DNA of 64,000 nt, taken from UHGV virus genome UHGV-1430452. One strand, 5' to 3'. Below, one piece after another: positions 61,282-64,000 of this stretch. A model generated the notes under the pieces. That model saw nothing but the letters and a program-made list of their open reading frames with translations. It had not been told where the DNA came from and searched no databases. Numbering within the stretch: the stretch's first letter is position 1; every line of letters begins with the position of its first letter. The stretch is from a virus. Made by a program: the position numbers and the translations under genes.

Positions 61282-63703
61282 TTACTTGTCTAAGAACAAA
61301 CCTGTTATTGGTATAAGCAACTCCATTGTTTCCCTGTCCGGTATAGTTATTTTCAACCCCACCGGTGAGTTTGCCATCAGATATGTTCAATACTTTAACA
61401 CTCGCATATCCGCAAACTTCAGACATAAGCGTGAAACACCACGGTTTTCCTGAGTATGTAGAAACAGCGCTTTTAGGCACGAAGAAGCTATGTAATCTTG
61501 TATTAGTAGCAGACCCATTATAATAGTCAGAGAATATCAATACGATTCCATGAGGTTGATTTGATACAGGGCTACTAAAAGTTATGGTATGAGTATTACT
61601 CGGCCATAAACTTCCGGTCCATAGTGTATTATTTGTAAACCTTTCGGTAACTGAACCTCTTACAAAGCCATTATCAGCAGTAAACGTCATAGCAGTTCTG
61701 ATACTGTGAGGGGAATATGAATCTGTTGGGGTCATGAGAAAATAATTTTCGCTACTCCCATCAACTTTTCTAGCAAACATTTTTACTGTAGGACTGACTC
61801 CTCCTCTATCCCCTTTAACGCTAACATAAGAAGCCACACCATCGTGTGACTCAAAATTTGCTAACATATCAGCAATATCTGCTCTTAATACCACGCGATA
61901 CTCTCCATCATAGCGGCTAGTGTAAATTGTTTCAGTAGTTGAGGCAGCATTAGCTTCGTATGTAATGATTGGATCATCATCATCTTCGAAATAAACGAGA
62001 ACATCGTCTGTAAATGCTTCATCGTTTTCGATGACTAAAGTACCTTTTACAGTAGATATCTTACCTCTACCGTTATTCATGGATATTACTGTATTATCTG
62101 AATTTTTCCCGAGATCTATTAACGATTCACCAAAAGTAGCCAACTCAGTAATTCCGTTTCTCATTTCGATGTCTGTACTACTAATAAGAATATTTCTGCC
62201 AAGAGTTGATGTTCTCTTATCAGCAACCATAAGTCCATTAGCATCGAAACCGAGGAAGTTTGTAGCGGTTTTAGCAGCTTCTACAGCCTGACCATAAGGA
62301 TCAATCCAGCTACTCCATGTTGAAGTTGAAGTTCCAACACGCCAATATTCTTTTCCAGTACCTTCGACTTTGGCTGTCTGTCTCGGATATCCTCCGCTAG
62401 TATCTTTGTACGGCATATCAGTTCGTAAATGACAGTAAGTCCCTACTCCAGACAATCCTATAGTAGAACAATACTTGAATTCGGCAACTGATGTACTAGG
62501 ATAATTATTTATGTAATATAGCGGCGGGTAATTCGAATTTTTGGTATCTTTTACGTCAAGTCCGTCGCCTTTTGGTCCTTGTGGTCCAGTAGGTCCTTGT
62601 GGTCCTGTTGCGCCTGTACTACCAGTTTCTCCTCGTGGTCCAGTAGGTCCTTGTGGTCCAGTGGCTCCTGTGGCTCCGGTGTTACCAGTAATACATACAC
62701 CATTAGATGATGGAGTATATGATGTAGTGTTGTCTGTGTACGTTACCAGTGTTCTTCTCCAAATATACTTTCCATCAGCCCACGTAGGTTGACTCGTACT
62801 CCATGATCCACCTGTTAATGTTGTCGGGGAATTGGATGAATAGAACTGTTCTTGTGTACTTTTTATGGTAGAACCCAGTGTTACGCTCAATCCATTAGCA
62901 GTCTGTTCTAGAGTAGAGACCTCGCCTTCCAAATCTGTTACTTTCGAACTTAAACCACTGGCAGTCTGTTCTACCGTACTAACCCTGTTTCCAAGAGAAG
63001 TAGTTTCCTGTACATTTGCTTCTATTCTGTCAGCATTTTGATCGATACTGGATTTAGCGTTTGTTAGATCTGTAGTGAGCTTCGATACATCCGAAGTTAA
63101 GCCATCAGCAGTCTGTTCAAGCGTGCTTGTCCTGACACCTAATTCATTTGTGGCGTTCACATTTGCTGTAATACGTTCTCTTTCTATGTTCAGATCAGCT
63201 TCGTACTCCGTTCTGAGGTCATTCACGGCTTCCCATGAACTATCACAAACTGGGCTTGTGTATGCATTTGACGTTGGGTTCTTATACGTAATGAGATATC
63301 TCGTCCATAAATACATACCAGTAGACCAGGTAGGCATGGAAGTTACCCATGACCCGCCTGTCTGTGTTGTTTTGGAAGTGCTTAAATAATATTGCTGAGT
63401 GATGCTATCAATGCCAGTACCAGTAGGACCCTGAGATCCTGTTGCCCCGTCGGTTCCATTCTTAGGTATGTAAGATACTGAATATGTTGTAGATGTATCA
63501 CCCTCTGTATATGTAATGACGGTTCTGCTCCACAAATACTGTCCAGGTGATACAGAGGGGATTGTCGTACTCCATGTACCGTTTGGAGGATTTGTGCCTG
63601 ACGTACCAGCCTGATAAGTTATGACTGTGGATGTAATTCCCTTGCCGTCTATTCCGTCTATAATGTCCGAGATAGTAACCTCGGCTTTAGCTATCACAGC
63701 CAA
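61271..63703 (-). CDS. tail fibre protein with collagen-like Gly-X-Y repeats (810 aa)
   Basis: GNTGATGATGPQGPTGPRGETGSTGATGPQGPTGPQGPKGDG plus shorter GxY runs; coiled-coil/Thr-rich segments. Confidence 0.85.
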   Translation of the reverse strand: MAVIAKAEVTISDIIDGIDGKGITSTVITYQAGTSGTNPPNGTWSTTIPSVSPGQYLWSRTVITYTEGDTSTTYSVSYIPKNGTDGATGSQGPTGTGIDSITQQYYLSTSKTTQTGGSWVTSMPTWSTGMYLWTRYLITYKNPTSNAYTSPVCDSSWEAVNDLRTEYEADLNIERERITANVNATNELGVRTSTLEQTADGLTSDVSKLTTDLTNAKSSIDQNADRIEANVQETTSLGNRVSTVEQTASGLSSKVTDLEGEVSTLEQTANGLSVTLGSTIKSTQEQFYSSNSPTTLTGGSWSTSQPTWADGKYIWRRTLVTYTDNTTSYTPSSNGVCITGNTGATGATGPQGPTGPRGETGSTGATGPQGPTGPQGPKGDGLDVKDTKNSNYPPLYYINNYPSTSVAEFKYCSTIGLSGVGTYCHLRTDMPYKDTSGGYPRQTAKVEGTGKEYWRVGTSTSTWSSWIDPYGQAVEAAKTATNFLGFDANGLMVADKRTSTLGRNILISSTDIEMRNGITELATFGESLIDLGKNSDNTVISMNNGRGKISTVKGTLVIENDEAFTDDVLVYFEDDDDPIITYEANAASTTETIYTSRYDGEYRVVLRADIADMLANFESHDGVASYVSVKGDRGGVSPTVKMFARKVDGSSENYFLMTPTDSYSPHSIRTAMTFTADNGFVRGSVTERFTNNTLWTGSLWPSNTHTITFSSPVSNQPHGIVLIFSDYYNGSATNTRLHSFFVPKSAVSTYSGKPWCFTLMSEVCGYASVKVLNISDGKLTGGVENNYTGQGNNGVAYTNNRFVLRQVIGV
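62570..62705 (-). repeat. collagen-like Gly-X-Y triplet repeat region within the tail fibre gene
   Basis: GPxGPxG periodicity; produces a mirror ORF on the plus strand. Confidence 0.8.
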
Positions 63704-63723
63704 ATAACATCACTGTCCTTTCT

Positions 63724-64000
63724 CTAAATATCTGTAGCTCCCTCGAATTCAGGAAGTGTTTTAAGATACTCATATGCAAGTTCAATTGTCATATTAGGAC
63801 TATAATCTGTCTCATAAGTCTTGCTCTTTTTATAAGCAACAGAATCGAATGTGTCTTTTTCGTCATTCCTTGCATGTTCATCAATGTATGAGAGAACCGC
63901 TATGGAATTCTGCCGATTGATTGTCGACTGAATAAATAAGATTCTATGATAGTTTGTAGTAACGCCGTCCAGTTGTTTAATAGCTTTACATAATGCCATA
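63724..64000 (-). CDS. hypothetical protein, 5'-truncated by window edge
   Basis: minus-strand ORF running off the window end. Confidence 0.55.
   Translation of the reverse strand, partial: MALCKAIKQLDGVTTNYHRILFIQSTINRQNSIAVLSYIDEHARNDEKDTFDSVAYKKSKTYETDYSPNMTIELAYEYLKTLPEFEGATDI

Noticed and set aside
62541-62792. Plus-strand ORF encoding GPVGPCGPV repeats
   Set aside because: Mirror image of the collagen-like Gly-X-Y codons of the minus-strand tail fibre gene.

Overview
This 64 kb window reads as one contiguous, AT-rich (about 35% GC) genome segment of a temperate tailed phage, probably from a Firmicutes-type host (strong AGGAGG ribosome-binding sites). Roughly 120 tightly packed genes run almost entirely on the minus strand; the exception is a plus-strand lysogeny block at 56.0-59.0 kb (XRE-type regulator, large serine recombinase, two tandem small paralogs). 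Calls made from motifs read in the translations: a 1056-aa protein carrying the RNA polymerase beta-prime catalytic signature ADFDGD (305..3475); a 1408-aa replicase fusing an SF3 helicase-type NTPase, a primase-polymerase domain and a family B DNA polymerase (37592..41818); PD-(D/E)XK and VRR-NUC nucleases; two HNH endonucleases beside a tRNA-Met; MazG-like and NrdG-like enzymes; LemA; an SF2 helicase; a Bro-N antirepressor; a vWA/MIDAS protein; a holin and a collagen-repeat tail fibre. Non-coding features: tRNA-Met(CAT), a second tRNA with an atypical anticodon loop (likely TAT), and a tRNA-like element without a canonical anticodon arm. The most striking signal is a roughly 28-nt intergenic motif (coding-strand consensus TTCGCGAAAATTACA-N4-CCTATTATGAG) present in more than 35 copies, always 25-40 nt upstream of a minus-strand start codon or tRNA and often directly after a rho-independent terminator. 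Together with the RNAP-like protein this suggests a phage-encoded transcription system with its own promoters. Other notable features are a nine-copy iteron array beside a 12-bp-arm palindrome (7543..7971), a stereotyped translational-coupling junction, candidate small RNAs, and a candidate attP next to the integrase. Everything is inferred by eye from the sequence and ORF track; no database search or folding was run, and boundaries of small features are approximate.
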